Positions 35,918 through 48,520 are shown, counted from the stretch's first letter. The stretch is DNA of 64,000 bases from Takakia lepidozioides (GCA_030704615.1 CM060731.1:44764001-44828000); one strand, 5' to 3'. Numbers and translations are program-made. The notes: generated by a model not told the origin, from the letters alone.

Positions 35918-38900
35918 CACTCCTGAGAAGTTGCTTATCATAGCCTTGTGGCCACAGACCTTGCCCGTGCCCAGCAGAACAAGAGGGAACAGACATGAGG
36001 GGCTCACTCCAGTAGTAGGACTTACCGTGTTATAAACATTAGTTCAGGCTTTCCAGATTCCTTTTAGAAAGCCCTTCACACAAGCATCAATATGTTGTAT
36101 GTGGGCTACCAAGCAATGAGACCCCAACAGGGCCACCGCTTTAGACTCAGCCTTGAGATATTGAAAGTTGGTGAACAGAGGTGCAGGGACTATGTTCTTG
36201 ATGGTCCTGAAGAGGGTCGCTCTCTGATGAGAATACCCCGGACTTGTATCAGAAAATGGACATTGTCTTCAGGCCACCCACACCAGTGAGCATTGACAAT
36301 CTCCCTTTCCTCTCTGCATCTGTTTATTGTTCAAAGGTAGACTCCCCATCCTGAGGTTAAATTTTCAGTCTAGTGCCAAGGGTAGGTCTGCCCTTCAGAT
36401 CATCCTCAAAGTCCTCACCCATGTCACAAACTGGAAACGAGTTCAGGGAAGTTTATGCCTAACATTGTTTTGTTCGGACATTCTTCATGCTTTTGACATG
36501 GCCTTAGACACTTCAGCCTCCACGTCAGATTCATCTAGCAGGGTGAGTTCTTCCTTCCTAATATTCAGGTATTTATCATAGGGTCGCTGGTATGAGGCAT
36601 GCGATTCAGCTGACTGTACCATCTGACCTTGAACTCATCATGTTGAGAGCTCAAGGCTGGTACTCCAAACTCGCCCTGAGCAGCCACGTCAGTTGTTCTA
36701 CAGCTTCTGGGGTCAGGGGAAAGATATGGAGGATGGTTCACAACCTGCATGCGAACACCAAAGCTTGTGTTGTGGTCAATAGCGAGAAGTCTAATTTCTT
36801 TGACATTGACCAAGGTGTAGCTCAAGGTTGTACCCTCTCCCCGCTGCTCTTCAATGTTTTCGTTTATCAGCCCCTTAAAAATTAGGAAAGCAAGAGATTT
36901 GGGTTACAGGTGGGTGATGCCGCCATACCAGCACTTATGAAGAGATCAGGCCTTATCAGGCCTTGGAGTACACATCTGCCGTGTGGGTTGGCCAACTCCA
37001 ATCATGCTAAAACTTTAGAATCCATTCAGCTTTTGGTGCTCAAAGAGAGCATGTCAGCGCGTGCACCATAAGATGTCAAGGAAGGAAACCTTTGTAGAAG
37101 GAAGGTGTCGTTCTAGGACAGAGGTTTCCTTAGAGGTTTCTTTCTTTTTTCCTTCCTTGAATAGGCCAGCTCAGGGACATGGTTGACACAGCCCCCAGGA
37201 AGCCTGCCTCACCTTCATGGAAAACACTTCCAGACTCCAAATCAACCTCAAGATGGGTGCTTATTATCCTACAGAACAGCTTGCAAACTGTGGTAAGAAG
37301 TGTAATGCTACGGTAGTTCCCAGGCTGTCATCTGTCACCTCAGATTGACACTGACACCCTCTCTCCAGCGAAAGGGTATCATTTCAGTCTTCCAAATAAG
37401 GTCAAAGAGGAGTGCAAGGGCATCTACCATATGATCACACCAGGCTTGACAATCGTATCAGACACACCAACTTTATAGCCCTTTAGATGTTCTATTGCTT
37501 CAGCAATCTCAGAAGAACTAATGGGCACGTTGTACCCCTTTGTGATGTACTCCAGTTTTTCAGGGTTGTCTTGGATTGTAGACAGTCATTTCCACTGTAC
37601 CCTTCCATTCTTTAGAAGACTCCTCACTGTTATAGGCAGGTCTGACTGACAGGGTCTTCTTGCATAGGCCTTTGGGCTTCGCTTACCCACTAGGTTTGCC
37701 ATCCCTAGTAGTATGGTGGTATTGTTTCTCATGTTTATGTTGAGCAATGTGTGCAGAGTTCAGAAAAAAAAGGAAGGGAATTGCAGGGAAGGATGCGAAC
37801 GAGCATAAGTCTCTTACTCCAGCAAAGTGTGCACCAACTATTGCGCCAACTGCTGTGATGAGTGGCGCGGTTGTTCCAACTTACGAAAAACCAGCCCCGC
37901 CCACTCCACAGACTGACGTTCCAGCTCCCTTGTATCCACCAGTATCGGCTCCTCCCTCGTATCCGCTTATGTACCCGCAGTATCCTGCCATGTCAGGGTA
38001 TAATCTGCATGGGCACATGCCGTATCCTCACTATCAACCTCCAAACAATGATCCTCAGTGCCAGAATTACAATTCTTTTGCTCCACCTGCAGGCGCTCCA
38101 ATGCATGATCCTAGTCAAGGTGGGTATTCCATTTACCACCATTATGGAATGCATCCCCATAGTATGTATCCTCCTCGGCCTATGTACAACCAACCTACTT
38201 CCTCCCTCTATCCTACCAGCCCTGCAAGACCACACCAGGGGCAGGTCCAGTATGGTGGCCACCAACCTTCAGGATCCAACTACAGTGGAGTACAACAGCC
38301 GGCACCTTCGAGCTTCACTGCACCGCGGCCACCTCTTTATCCAACATCTCCAGGTACACCTAATACCCTGAAAGGGAAAGGCATTCTGAAACAGACCGAG
38401 GATGCATTTGCTCCGCATCATCCTGTGGGGTGGGAGACAACAGTCCAGCCCCAACAGAGTGAAGGTGGTAACATGCAAGGTACTGCTGAAACCTTGCAGG
38501 ATTCCAGCCTTACTCCTGGGGGGACATCAGGTGTGACTCCTATAGAACGCAAAAATGCTTTAAGGAGGGAAAGAAGGGCACTTGCAAAAGATCTGAGAGA
38601 CCAGGCTGCTCAGAATGTGGCTGTAGGGAGGAGGAAATTTTTCATTTCTTGTGATGAACTTGGAAACCCTGAAGGTCCTGCTCGGAACCAGTGGATGACA
38701 GCTCTGCGAGGGCAGTGTCAACGTTTGTTGGACTGGTCATTGTATGCTCAGGATCAACCATTACACTTAATTGAAAAGATCATGGAGATCTTGGCTTCAG
38801 ATTGGGAATACGGACCTCCTGGTCTTAACATAAAGGCTATTACAAAAACAATTTGCGGGCAGCTCAAGTACCAACGAAATAAGCTGTTCAAAAATTACTA

Positions 38901-41708
38901 TAGTGTGGGGCTGCCCAAACCCCATCATGTGCCAGACAAGACATGGGCACAACTAGTTGTTAGTTGGGGTTCCACTGATTTCAAGAAATTCCAGGCAAAT
39001 GGTGTCAAGGCGCGGGGATGTGTGAAGAATACATCTCGATCGGGTCGCAGTGGAATCAGCGGTGTTGTAGCACGACTGGTATACTTTCTTACAACATAGG
39101 AAGTTCCCACATTGTTTTGCATTGACAAACTTTATGTGTTGGGTTTTTTTGGCTGGAGCTCAGAGTCTATTCCTATATGGATGGAATTAGTACACATTGC
39201 TACTACTTGGGGGCCTTCTCAGAGTTGGGCGCCAGCAAGAAACTAAGCACTCTTATTGAGGGGGAGTCATTGACGCTATCCTAGATAATTCTTTACTGTT
39301 GGCAGTGTGCTATGCTAGTCATTTACACTTGCAAGTTTGTTGCAATCACAGGAGAAGGAGACTGGACGTACACCAAGTTTGCAGGAGATCGCCGGTAGTG
39401 CCAGGAGTGACAAAGGCTACGGGTCGGGGTGTACAGGCAGTGCAGCCACAACGGTATATAAACTCAGTACCAATTCTGGTGTGAATTACATATTCGTGAT
39501 TTCCATGCCATTGCTAGTTGCCGTTTGGTTCTCTTTTCTTACTAGTTCATCAGTCAGTGTAGTGAATTGTTACTTTGGAGGTGTTCTATGTGATGGGGCA
39601 GGGAATTGGTTCACTAGCAGCTCGCCTCGATGCTATGGAAAACAAACAAGTGCAGATGGAAGCCAGCTCCAAGGCAGCTTTGGAAGCAGTCCAAGTCCAA
39701 CTGGAGGCAGCAGCTGCATTCAACATTGCGCTCGCAGCTAAACTTGGCATGAATGTGCCAGATTCACAGCCTACAGGTCCACCATGCACCACCTTTGCGC
39801 CACAGACAACAAATGAGACTATTTCTCATGTTATGGGCTCACCACTCAACCTGTTCAAGGCAGTTTCTTCACCGCCACCAAAGCCACAATAGGCTCATTG
39901 TTTGGGCTTTCAGAAATGGAGGGGGATGATGACATGGAGGGTTGGTCTGAAGGTGAACTCAATCCATCCCCCCATATTGTTGAGGCAACTGCAAAGTGTT
40001 CATCAGTTTTGTTGTCCCCTACACCAGTAGCACTGCCGGCATATGTACTACCCTCTCAATATGCCTGTGAGGTCTCCATGAATTTGCAGAGTGCCCCACA
40101 GAAAGGTGTGTCTTTTGTACATGATAATCATGTACAAGTTGTAGGTAATTGCCCTTCGGCAACTGAGAGGCAAAAACACATCCTTATACTTGACTTGAAT
40201 GGATTGTTATGTGAGAGCAGACTACGAACAAGGGAATACCTAGAGCCCACTGTCACCTCCAGACCTGGGTGTCAGGAGTTTTTGGACCGATGCCTTCAGA
40301 TTTTTGATGTAGGTGTATGGTCTTCCATGTCATTGAGTAATGTCCTTCCAGTTGTGAAAGCTTTGTTTCGTGGGAAGCAACCAAAGATGGTGCTTCACCA
40401 AGACTATTGTGACCAGCCTGTGGGAATGGTGGACCCTTTCAATCCTTCTAAAACTGTCATGTACAAGAACTTATGTAAGTTTTGGAAGGACTACAGCCAT
40501 TACAATCCAACCAATACTTTGCTGGTGGACGATTCCCCACTCACTTGCTTACCCAACCCTGCAAATAATTGCATCTTCCCGTATCCATGGAAGTTGAGGG
40601 ATCAGCCAAACTGCAAGAGGCTTATGAAAGAATTACTGCCTTGGTTAGAGGGTGTATCCAAGGCTGCACACATCCCTGAGTATGTGTCAGGGCACCCATA
40701 CAGATATGGGCAGCCCAACTACTTGTTCAATACTGCAGCCATGGGTAGTGGATCACAACAATCTGCAAAGGCATCCGAACCAGGGCTTCCTGCTGCCAGA
40801 GTTCCAACGACTTTGCCTCCCGATGCAACAACAAAGCATAATCAAAGAAAGGTGAGAGCAAAAGTTTCAATGCTTGGGCGCGTGGGTGGATTTGTATTGT
40901 TAATGCTACTTCACAATGTGTGTCATTCGTGCTATTCTCATTTTTTGATCGTTGTGTCATTCAATATACAGATGGTGAAACCAGTGAAGCGTTCAATGGA
41001 CAGGGAGAGTACAATATGTGCTATCAATCAGACTACAACCACAGTGGATCTAACTGAACCACAGGGTGACCAACAAAATCCGCACAGTGTAAGTACTTCC
41101 TTTGTGCAATTTTGTTTCCTTGTCTGATGCTGGATCAATACACCCCCTATGTATCGCCACATAGCTGCAGGCCCAACAACCTACAAAGGTAGTTTTGTGA
41201 CATCGTCCTACCACATCCATGTTGACCATGCATAACCTGCTACCCACTAGGTATGGCACCGTTCCAGCTTTGATCATGTCAGCATGTAGTATAGAGACAA
41301 GCAAATGCAATTCGGAATTGGAAGTACTGCAATAGGTAGGGTTGGGGTGTTTGCTGGAAGAACTTCAATGTCATTTTGCAGGAGTGCCAAGCTGTCAGTC
41401 TCTGTTCTCCAGGGTTCATTTCTGATATAGGAATCTGGTTTTTGTTGCAGTTTCAGATCGGCGACAAGGTGTTATTGTTTGATCCTTGTGCACCAAAAAG
41501 AAGGGCAGGTGTGGGATATATTGCTGGATTTCCGAAAGCAAATGTGCCAGACAACTATTACCGTATCCATGTGAAATCGGTCATGATTTCAGAGGTTGTG
41601 TTGCCGTACCCGGACTACTCTGTTACCCCTAATTATACCACATTGGGTGACACGCAGGGAAGTTCCACCTTATGGTCTGAAAAGTTTCTTAAACACGCGC
41701 GATATTGA
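33108..41708 (+). CDS. CACTA TnpA-like multi-exon gene with an embedded FCP1/NIF-like domain
   Basis: Exons ~33108-33241, 33373-33700, 37758-39079, 39351-39452, 39602-40851, 40972-41087, 41451-41708. Ptta-like KPHHVPDKTWAQLVVSWGS...RSGRSG and EKETGRTPS; C-terminal Tnp1-like YYRIHVKSV..VVLPYP..TLGDTQGSSTLW; NIF-like ILDLNGLL..RPGCQEFL..VGVWSS..NTLLVDDSP at ~40174-40710. Confidence 0.75.
34226..35871 (-). mobile_element. APE-type LINE (RTEX/RTE-like), 5'-truncated and internally deleted, with (TC)n tail
   Basis: VGCVYMP, VVLLGDFNARVG, NSNGRRL, SIVDYI, SDHFLV endonuclease motifs; KAGGPDGI; the 3' end ...ATANNVL-stop matches the 63160-63370 family. Confidence 0.85.
35872..35913. repeat. (GA)n/(TC)n microsatellite
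   Basis: About 21 GA units between two LINE pieces. Confidence 0.95.
35914..37640. mobile_element. Older LINE subfamily fragments in mixed orientation
   Basis: Minus-strand 3' end 35914-~36700; plus-strand RT piece GVRGKIW...DQGVAQGCTLSPLLFNVF at ~36700-37060; 37340-37630 resembles 34445-34790. Confidence 0.75.
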
Positions 41709-42102
41709 AGGTGCTACAAGTTTAGTTTAGTTTTCTTTATGGATTGAGGGTTGCTGAGACAGGTGAACAAAATAGCTCTTCTCACATGAACAGTATTTTT
41801 TGAATTGATGCTCTTGCTATTCTCATGTATGATCACAAGATCCCCTTGTTCAACGGCAACTTCATTTTCCCACATCAAGCCAAATTTTTCTTGTGTAGAC
41901 ATGAATGTGGTATTTTGCTGGTTGTTTGCTATATTTAATATTAATAACATTACTATTGGAATGTGGTTAATAATACAATTATTATCCCTGTTTTAAATAA
42001 GCTTTTGTTTAAATGAAACAAAACAAATAAAAATTCTAAAATAATAATATATTACATATTTAAATCAAGCAGCCAATGGCTTTTGGGGTGCTATCCCATT
42101 TA

Positions 42103-42141
42103 TTATAAGAATAAGAATAATAATAATAATAATAATAATAA
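42103..42141. repeat. (AAT)n microsatellite
   Basis: Directly visible. Confidence 0.85.
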
Positions 42142-42680
42142 TGTGACTATTCATTTTGGCATTTGTCAACAAATAATAATTGTTTACTTTTCGTCCAATA
42201 GGAACAAAACAATGGATATGACAGTATTCACACTAGTGTCATTGCGATCACACCACGACTTGAACCTGGTGTTAAATCTGTGTGAGAGAATCCGTAAGAA
42301 GAGCCCTTAATATCTATTATTTATTTAATAATTCTGATGGACTCTATTACGTGGCATTCCCTTTGACATACATGTAGCAGACATGGTGGCAATGAGGTGT
42401 AATAAGTACCGTAGAAAGACCATTAAGATTACTTAGTCAAAATAGTAGTTGAACTAACCAGTCAAAACGGCCGTCAAAATATCCGTCAAAAGAGCCACCT
42501 AAACCTACTGCCACATCAGGTGCAAGTTTGGTGTGAGATGCTTTTTTTCACAGGACCAAGAAAGTTCACATGTGGTGCAAAGGACTAGGTTAACCTAACA
42601 CCAAGGGGGGGTGTGAACTTGGGCTCTTTTCACACCAAAATGTGTGAGAAGAGCCGTTAAAAAAACCGGTTTCTGTATTA

Positions 42681-43489
42681 GTGTCTATTGCAAGAAAGAA
42701 CGATCAAGCTGCAACAAATGGGAGTTGTAAATTGAAGGAGGAGGTTGCAGATTCGGCGAGCTTGGGGTCTCATAATTCGGATTGTGTTGAGGTTTCTAAG
42801 AGTGTATTTTGTGGATCTCAACCTTCCTCATCTGCTCATACGGTCTTGCTTCACGACATGAAGCCTCGGAAAACTCCATTGGACAACACCACGTCTGATT
42901 GTTGCGAATCTGCGAGGGGTTTATCTTCATCTCCACGACTAGTAGGGGAGGCTACATCTACATTTCCTTCTGGTGTGTTGTCCATTTTGAGTATCTTGGC
43001 CACTGCTCGGAGGAATGGATCAAAAGGAGAGCTTTCTACCTTGGACTATAGTCACATTCCAGTGCATCGTGTTCGGTGTCTTCCTCGAGCTTTTGATGGA
43101 AAAGTGATCCACGAACTCCCCCCCCCGTGGTCAAACTACGTACGGACCGTGGTTCACAGTCCCTCCAAGGCATGGACCGCAAGTTTGATGGTCATCCTTG
43201 GTGCAAGATCAATACCTACAATATGTCTGGTGTTCCAGATCATGTGAAATGTAGTAAGGTTCTTTGTGTTGGAAAGCTCATATGTCAAAGCAGCACTTAC
43301 CCCATCTTCAAGAAAGAAGGAGAACGGAATGACCGCTATTGGGAAGGCAATGCAGACAAGGTGTTCATTGCAGGAGCCCAAGTTCCATTCAACCAGTTCA
43401 AGTGTAGTTTCTGCAAAGAAAGACCTTTCTGTGAGGCGCATTGTGGGGCAAGAATGTACTATGTCACAAGTTGTCACAAGTTGCCTTGA
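42681..43489 (+). pseudogene. Cys-rich N-terminal fragment of a probable DNA-transposon protein (GCM/MULE-like), truncated just before (GT)n
   Basis: LPRAFDGKVIHELPP...GMDRKFDGHPWCK..CVGKLIC..CSFCKERPFCEAHCGARMYYV; the family call is from memory of GCM-like MULE N-termini. Confidence 0.45.
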
Positions 43490-43805
43490 GGGAAAACATG
43501 CTATCTTGCAGCCTTTATGTGTGTGTGTGTGTGTGTGTGCAAGATTCCTGATCACACACACACATTGCCCTAAACGCAGAAAATGGAGTAATAAAATTTC
43601 ATAGCTGTAGCTGTATATGGATGCAGCAGCATGCGATTGCATTTGTATATGAGCACCGATGTGGATACACGCATCATACTAAATAATTATTTTCCTAATT
43701 GAACTTGGATCTTTACTTGAGCATCTTCCTGCCCTTGACTGCAAATTCTTGATCCGCAACCTCCTCGTCATCAACATGTACTGGCGCAGATTCATGCAAA
43801 ACGCA

Positions 43806-44891
43806 TCAACAGTTACGCCACACCAAACGCCCGTTAATGTTAGCGACATTGTTATTTACATCGTATCTTACTCCATATTGATTGCTGCCATCAAGTTTCT
43901 TGCAAAAAGCCAAAATAATGAAAGGTCCCCACCCGACTAATACTCATATCCAATTGTGGTGCACGAGTCTATATAGCTGTATCCCCACACCAAGTTCCCG
44001 TTATCGTTACCTATATACCAGTTGAGATCTAGTTCCATGCCCCACCTGCTGGCCTGCCCATTCCTTAGCTTGCAGTTGGATGTGAGAAGATTCCTATCAA
44101 GGGTTGATCCCCAGCAACAATCGGTAAAACCACCACACTGTTTTGAACGGTCATGCCACAACATACACACACATCCATGCATTAATCATCTGTATCATCG
44201 TTCATTGGAAATTGGAACAGTAAATGCATAATCCTAATTAGGAGTCAAGAGCATATTGTCATTCGCATAGCACACTTCATCCAAATCCACAAGTAGTAGG
44301 CGGGTACGAATTCAAAAAATTTGAACAAACAGTAAAATTTGATACCAAAAAATAAGTGCAGCTGGAGGTAACTATTAGTGTTGCACGGATATTTGATATC
44401 TTTTATATCAGCCGGTTACAGATGTCCGACTTTAACCTAATACCTACAGAACCATAATATATATCCATGACACTCAACTCCAAAAGCACCCACAACAATG
44501 GACATGTTGATTATCGAGAATCTACTGCAAGACATGAAGATGACTGCAAAATCTTGCAGCCATGGTCGAAGCACCGTACTAAAATTCACTGACGAAAAGT
44601 ATTTTGATCAGCAGGTACCTGCGGAAGACTGAAAGATGAGGAGCACTAGACAATCACGGGTTCCAGGAGCAGATTAGAATCCAAACGTACGATAAAGCAA
44701 TAATAATGATTCATGGTCCATTAAATAGCACTGTAGTAGTCAAATGAGATCAACAACACAAAACACATGAGGGAGGACGTGACAATTTCCAACTATTGGA
44801 GACGTTTACTCACTTGTGCTTGAACTCCGTTGAGCATTGCCAATGTACAGAGCAAAGCTAGAACCGCCATCTTTTGCCATGAATTAGCCAT
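43806..44891 (-). CDS. Secreted cyanovirin-N homolog (CVNH lectin), two exons 44814-44891 and 43806-44137
   Basis: Signal peptide MANSWQKMAVLALLCTLAMLNGVQAQ|GTGAGT; phase-0 acceptor CAG|CGGFTDCC...LTSNCKLRNG...LDLNWYIGNDNGNLVWG..SC; after a 1-bp frameshift (~43940) ILAFCKKLDG...YDVNNNVANINGRLVWRNC-stop. Confidence 0.85.
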
Positions 44892-45387
44892 GATATCGAT
44901 CTTTGCTAGGAGCTCACGTCGAGGAACGGATCATGGGAGACCGATGCTTCCAACTGTTGTCTATCTTCCATACATCAGCTCTGATCTAAGGCCATCTTGG
45001 TGAGTAGGAAGATAGACAACCGTTGCAAGCATCGGTATTTCTGATGTCAATGGGGAGGAGTCTCGATATTCCTGATGGTATTCCTGATGGGAAGTTACTG
45101 GTGCTGAATCCTCACGAGTGACGTTATGATTGGCAGACTTGCAAACTTGAGTACTGTGAATGAGATGGAGTGTCCCCACTATCCTCCTTTCTCAAAATAT
45201 ACTCGGTTCAACCACTCGGTTATCAGGAACGGGGGTGGTACATAAATAGTAACGAAGTCGGCGAGTAACCACATTTTGTTCTTGTTACCATGTTGGACTG
45301 TGTGGTGTGTCATTTACGAACTTACAACTGAATTTTTTTTATTGCGTGTGAAACTCGCGAGTGGAGGTCATTTCCCTGCGTAAAGAC

Positions 45388-45640
45388 CAGTGTTGGGCGG
45401 GTATTACATTTTTTAATACCAGCCGGGGCCTGGTAGGGTTCTGGTATTGAAAACAAAATTGTTTTTCAATACCAGTTGGTTCCATAGTATTGGAATATTC
45501 ACTTGATTATCTGCCGGTTCTCAATAGTAGTATGATTTTTCATTTGTGGATGGGTATCAATAGGACGGGTATTCCAATTGTAATACTAGCCGGTTATAAA
45601 CCCGGATATAAATAATTAAATTAAAATTAAACCACCGGAT
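45388..45640. mobile_element. Possible MITE/hAT-like terminal fragment
   Basis: Starts CAGTGTT; repeated GGTATT/AATACC and CCGG words in both orientations. Confidence 0.3.
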
Positions 45641-46119
45641 CTCTTTTTTTTTAAAGGAAAGGGGACAAGGCCCTATTAATCAAATTCATTGAGAAAGTTG
45701 TCACAAAGGTGGAAAAAATAACCACCGAGAAGGCCATGAAGGCTTACTGAAGGGGAACTTCCCCAAGGCCAAATCATTAGTATGCCTTTAATTTAGAAGC
45801 ATACTGATTTCACAAAGTAAATAACATGCCTTATGGCAGAGCCTACAGGCACTCAAGGGTTTTAATTTTTCCTTTAATAATCTTTCAATAAAATTTCATC
45901 CCATGTTCCAAAAAAGAAAAGAAAAGAAAAGAAAAGATTCTATTGCAAAAAATCAGACTTTGCATTACATAATAATATTGCGGATTTTACTAGTATGAAG
46001 CGAGCCTCTTTGTCAAACATACCAGCATCTACAATGAGATCCTCATCTTCATCAATCGTAATGTCGTCCGACAAAAAAAATCCTTGATCCCATGCTCAAC
46101 CACCTTGCAATCCGTCCGC

Positions 46120-46368
46120 ACGTCATCCCTGGAAAAGGGCAAAGAGGTGCATGGTGACATCGTCAGAGCTGGAATTGTACCAGATGTGATCCTGAACACT
46201 GCCCTGGTGGACATGTATGCCAAATGTGGGTGCATCGAGGATGCAAAGGGAGTGTTTGACAATATGGCTGAACGAGATGTGGTGTCGTGGAACGCGATGA
46301 TCGCAGGATATGCACAGCATGGTTGTCATAGGGAGGTCGTGCAACTATTTGAAGGAATGCAAAAGAAC
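46120..46368 (+). pseudogene. Isolated PLS-class PPR fragment
   Basis: LEKGKEVHGDI...NTALVDMYAKCGCIEDAKGVFDNMAERDVVSWNAMIAGYAQHG; flanks are unrelated. Confidence 0.85.
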
Positions 46369-47056
46369 AGCAATGGCGGTGAGGAGCGAACTTCGGACTT
46401 AGCAATTTCTGAGTGTTCTCGTCCCGTCTCGTCCCTCCGACAGGACCTATCTTATGTTCTCCTTGTTTTGCGTGCTGCGGGTTCTACCGTAGTAGTGTTC
46501 AACCCTAGTAGTGTTCAACCCGCTTCCCGTTAGATGTCTCCTAGTTCTAGCGATGACTGAAGATTGGAGACTAGTTTAGCGTAGAGCGTGAATAGGGTGC
46601 CATAGTGCCACATCGTCGTCGTTAGCCACGTCATCATCGTCATTTTTATTTTGACCATATTGCCCGAAGAAAAAACCAGGAGAAGTAATTTCTTCAACAG
46701 GCGTACCTCGGCACTATGTCCCAGACACTATGAGGGATAGTGCCGGGGATGCCCGAGCAAAAACTGCCCGACCTGCCACATCCTACGCGCCACGTGAGCA
46801 CCCGGCCCTCGCACTCCTCCCCATTGATTGCCCCACTCCTCAGTGCCACGCGGGCGCGTGGGGCCCGCCTGCCCCAATCCTTCCACGCCCACGCCTTGCC
46901 ATGTGAGGCCCTCCTTACTTGCCACGTTGCTCTCCCACAGCTGCACAATAGGCTATCCTATACACTCTCCCATACCATGTCTAAAAAGAGTATGGCTAAA
47001 CCAGATTGAGCCATATGCTTTTTAGATAGGGTATGGAAAAGTATATGAAATACACT

Positions 47057-48520
47057 GGTTGGGTGATTATAGCAGTGAGAGAACGGAGGGCTGTGAGGTG
47101 TATGGCTTTGAAGCATTTATGGATGGAAATGATGGGGAGATTAAAGTTAGTTTGAAGTTCAGAGATGCTGGCATTGTGGATGCCCCCTTTGGTGCTGGCA
47201 GTGATGACAGTGAGGGGGCCCGTGGCCCATCCCCTCCGGCGGATAGCAAGAATGAGTGGTATATATTTTTGGCGTTTTTCAAGGAGGGAAGAGCTGGGGA
47301 AGCGGTCATGGCAGAATGTGAATTCTACTAAGTGTATGGTAATGGCGGGGGACGGGGCAGAGGGTGGTGGGGCGTTGATGGGGAGCCCCTGGACTACGAG
47401 GATATCCGGACAGAGGCGGGAAGGGCATGTACATGATGTGTGGGGGTGACATATACAGGGGAGTAGCCACATAGGTACCGTGTGGTCTGGGGGCCGACCT
47501 TGGTAGGTGCCCGCATTGATGAGTGATAACCATCCAGTTTCATTATGTCATTGTAGGAGTTTGTGGATGTGCCATACAACGTGGTTATGTCGAGCAATAC
47601 GAAGCCCGTGAATGACTGGGTGGGGGCATTCGCTAAGAAGGTGAAGCCAGGTATCACGTGTGGCGTGAATGTGGGAGCACAGAGGGCAGTTTGGTGAGGG
47701 GTATATGGCTGGCCACAAGGTGTGTTTGTGTTGGTGGCCCATGTACTGGGCGTATCGGAATTTAAGGGTCTGTTGTATTTGAGCGTTTGATGCAGCTTTG
47801 GTGTGCCAGAAGTGGTTAAAGAGTTTGTGGTGGAGTACATCGGAGAGGGTCCATTTTTGGATATGCAATTTGGTATGGCTGAGAGAGGTAGATGCCTGTT
47901 TATTGGCTTCTTTAGTCAGGGTAGTCGACAGAAGATTTCGGGTTGGCCTGGGCTCTGGGGGGTCAGGGACTGGGTATATCAGCCAAAAGAGGTGAGTATG
48001 AGCGATGTGTATGGGGTCATCGGAGGGTTCAACTGTAGGTTGGGAGGCACCCAGTTGAGCGAGGAGGCCAACCTCCTCGTTTCCGTGCATACCTGTGTGT
48101 GAACGAACTTTGAGAAAATGAAGGGGTTTATTGATGGAGATGGCTAGGTTGATAATGATGGTGATAAGGTTTCGGTTGAAGTGGTGGAGGTGGGAGGAGG
48201 GACAAGCCAAGTGGTTGCGAGGTATAAAGAGAGAATTTAGGCTATCCGTGAAGATGTAGTTACATGGGGGTGGGAACGAGGCCAACTGTGACAGAGCTTA
48301 AAAAATGGCCATAAGTTCGGCGCGGAGTATGGTCGCGGGGCCTGGGAGACGATGTGCGGTTCCTTTGTTAGTAGCGGCATGGTAGACGACGTATCTAGCG
48401 CGGGAGCCAGATTGGGAGCCGTTTGTGTAGTGTGAGTGGAGGGGGGGTGGTATTTAGGGGAAGTGGGCCCAAGGTGAACCGGACGTGCATTGTGGGAGAT
48501 AATATGAGTGGGATTTGTAC
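47057..48520 (-). mobile_element. Non-LTR retrotransposon 3' fragment with RNase H, CCHC and RLE (Dualen/RandI-like)
   Basis: YTNGS..ILRAELMAIF..IFTDSLNSL..KVRSHTGMHGNE; CPLC..HLLSEC..ARHN; RLCPDIL..IHLVEF..HD..EKRQKY. Confidence 0.8.

Larger units (their letters stand above)
29002..42238. mobile_element. CACTA (En/Spm) DNA transposon; termini tentative
   Basis: Contains TnpD and TnpA-like genes; candidate ends CACTAGT (29002) and ACTAGTG (42238), each flanked by TCA. Confidence 0.6.

Noticed and set aside
46590-46960. Cluster of GCCAC(G/A)T words and a small hairpin as a distinct regulatory system
   Set aside because: Could be G-box-like sites or a TE end, but no boundaries or linked gene support a call.
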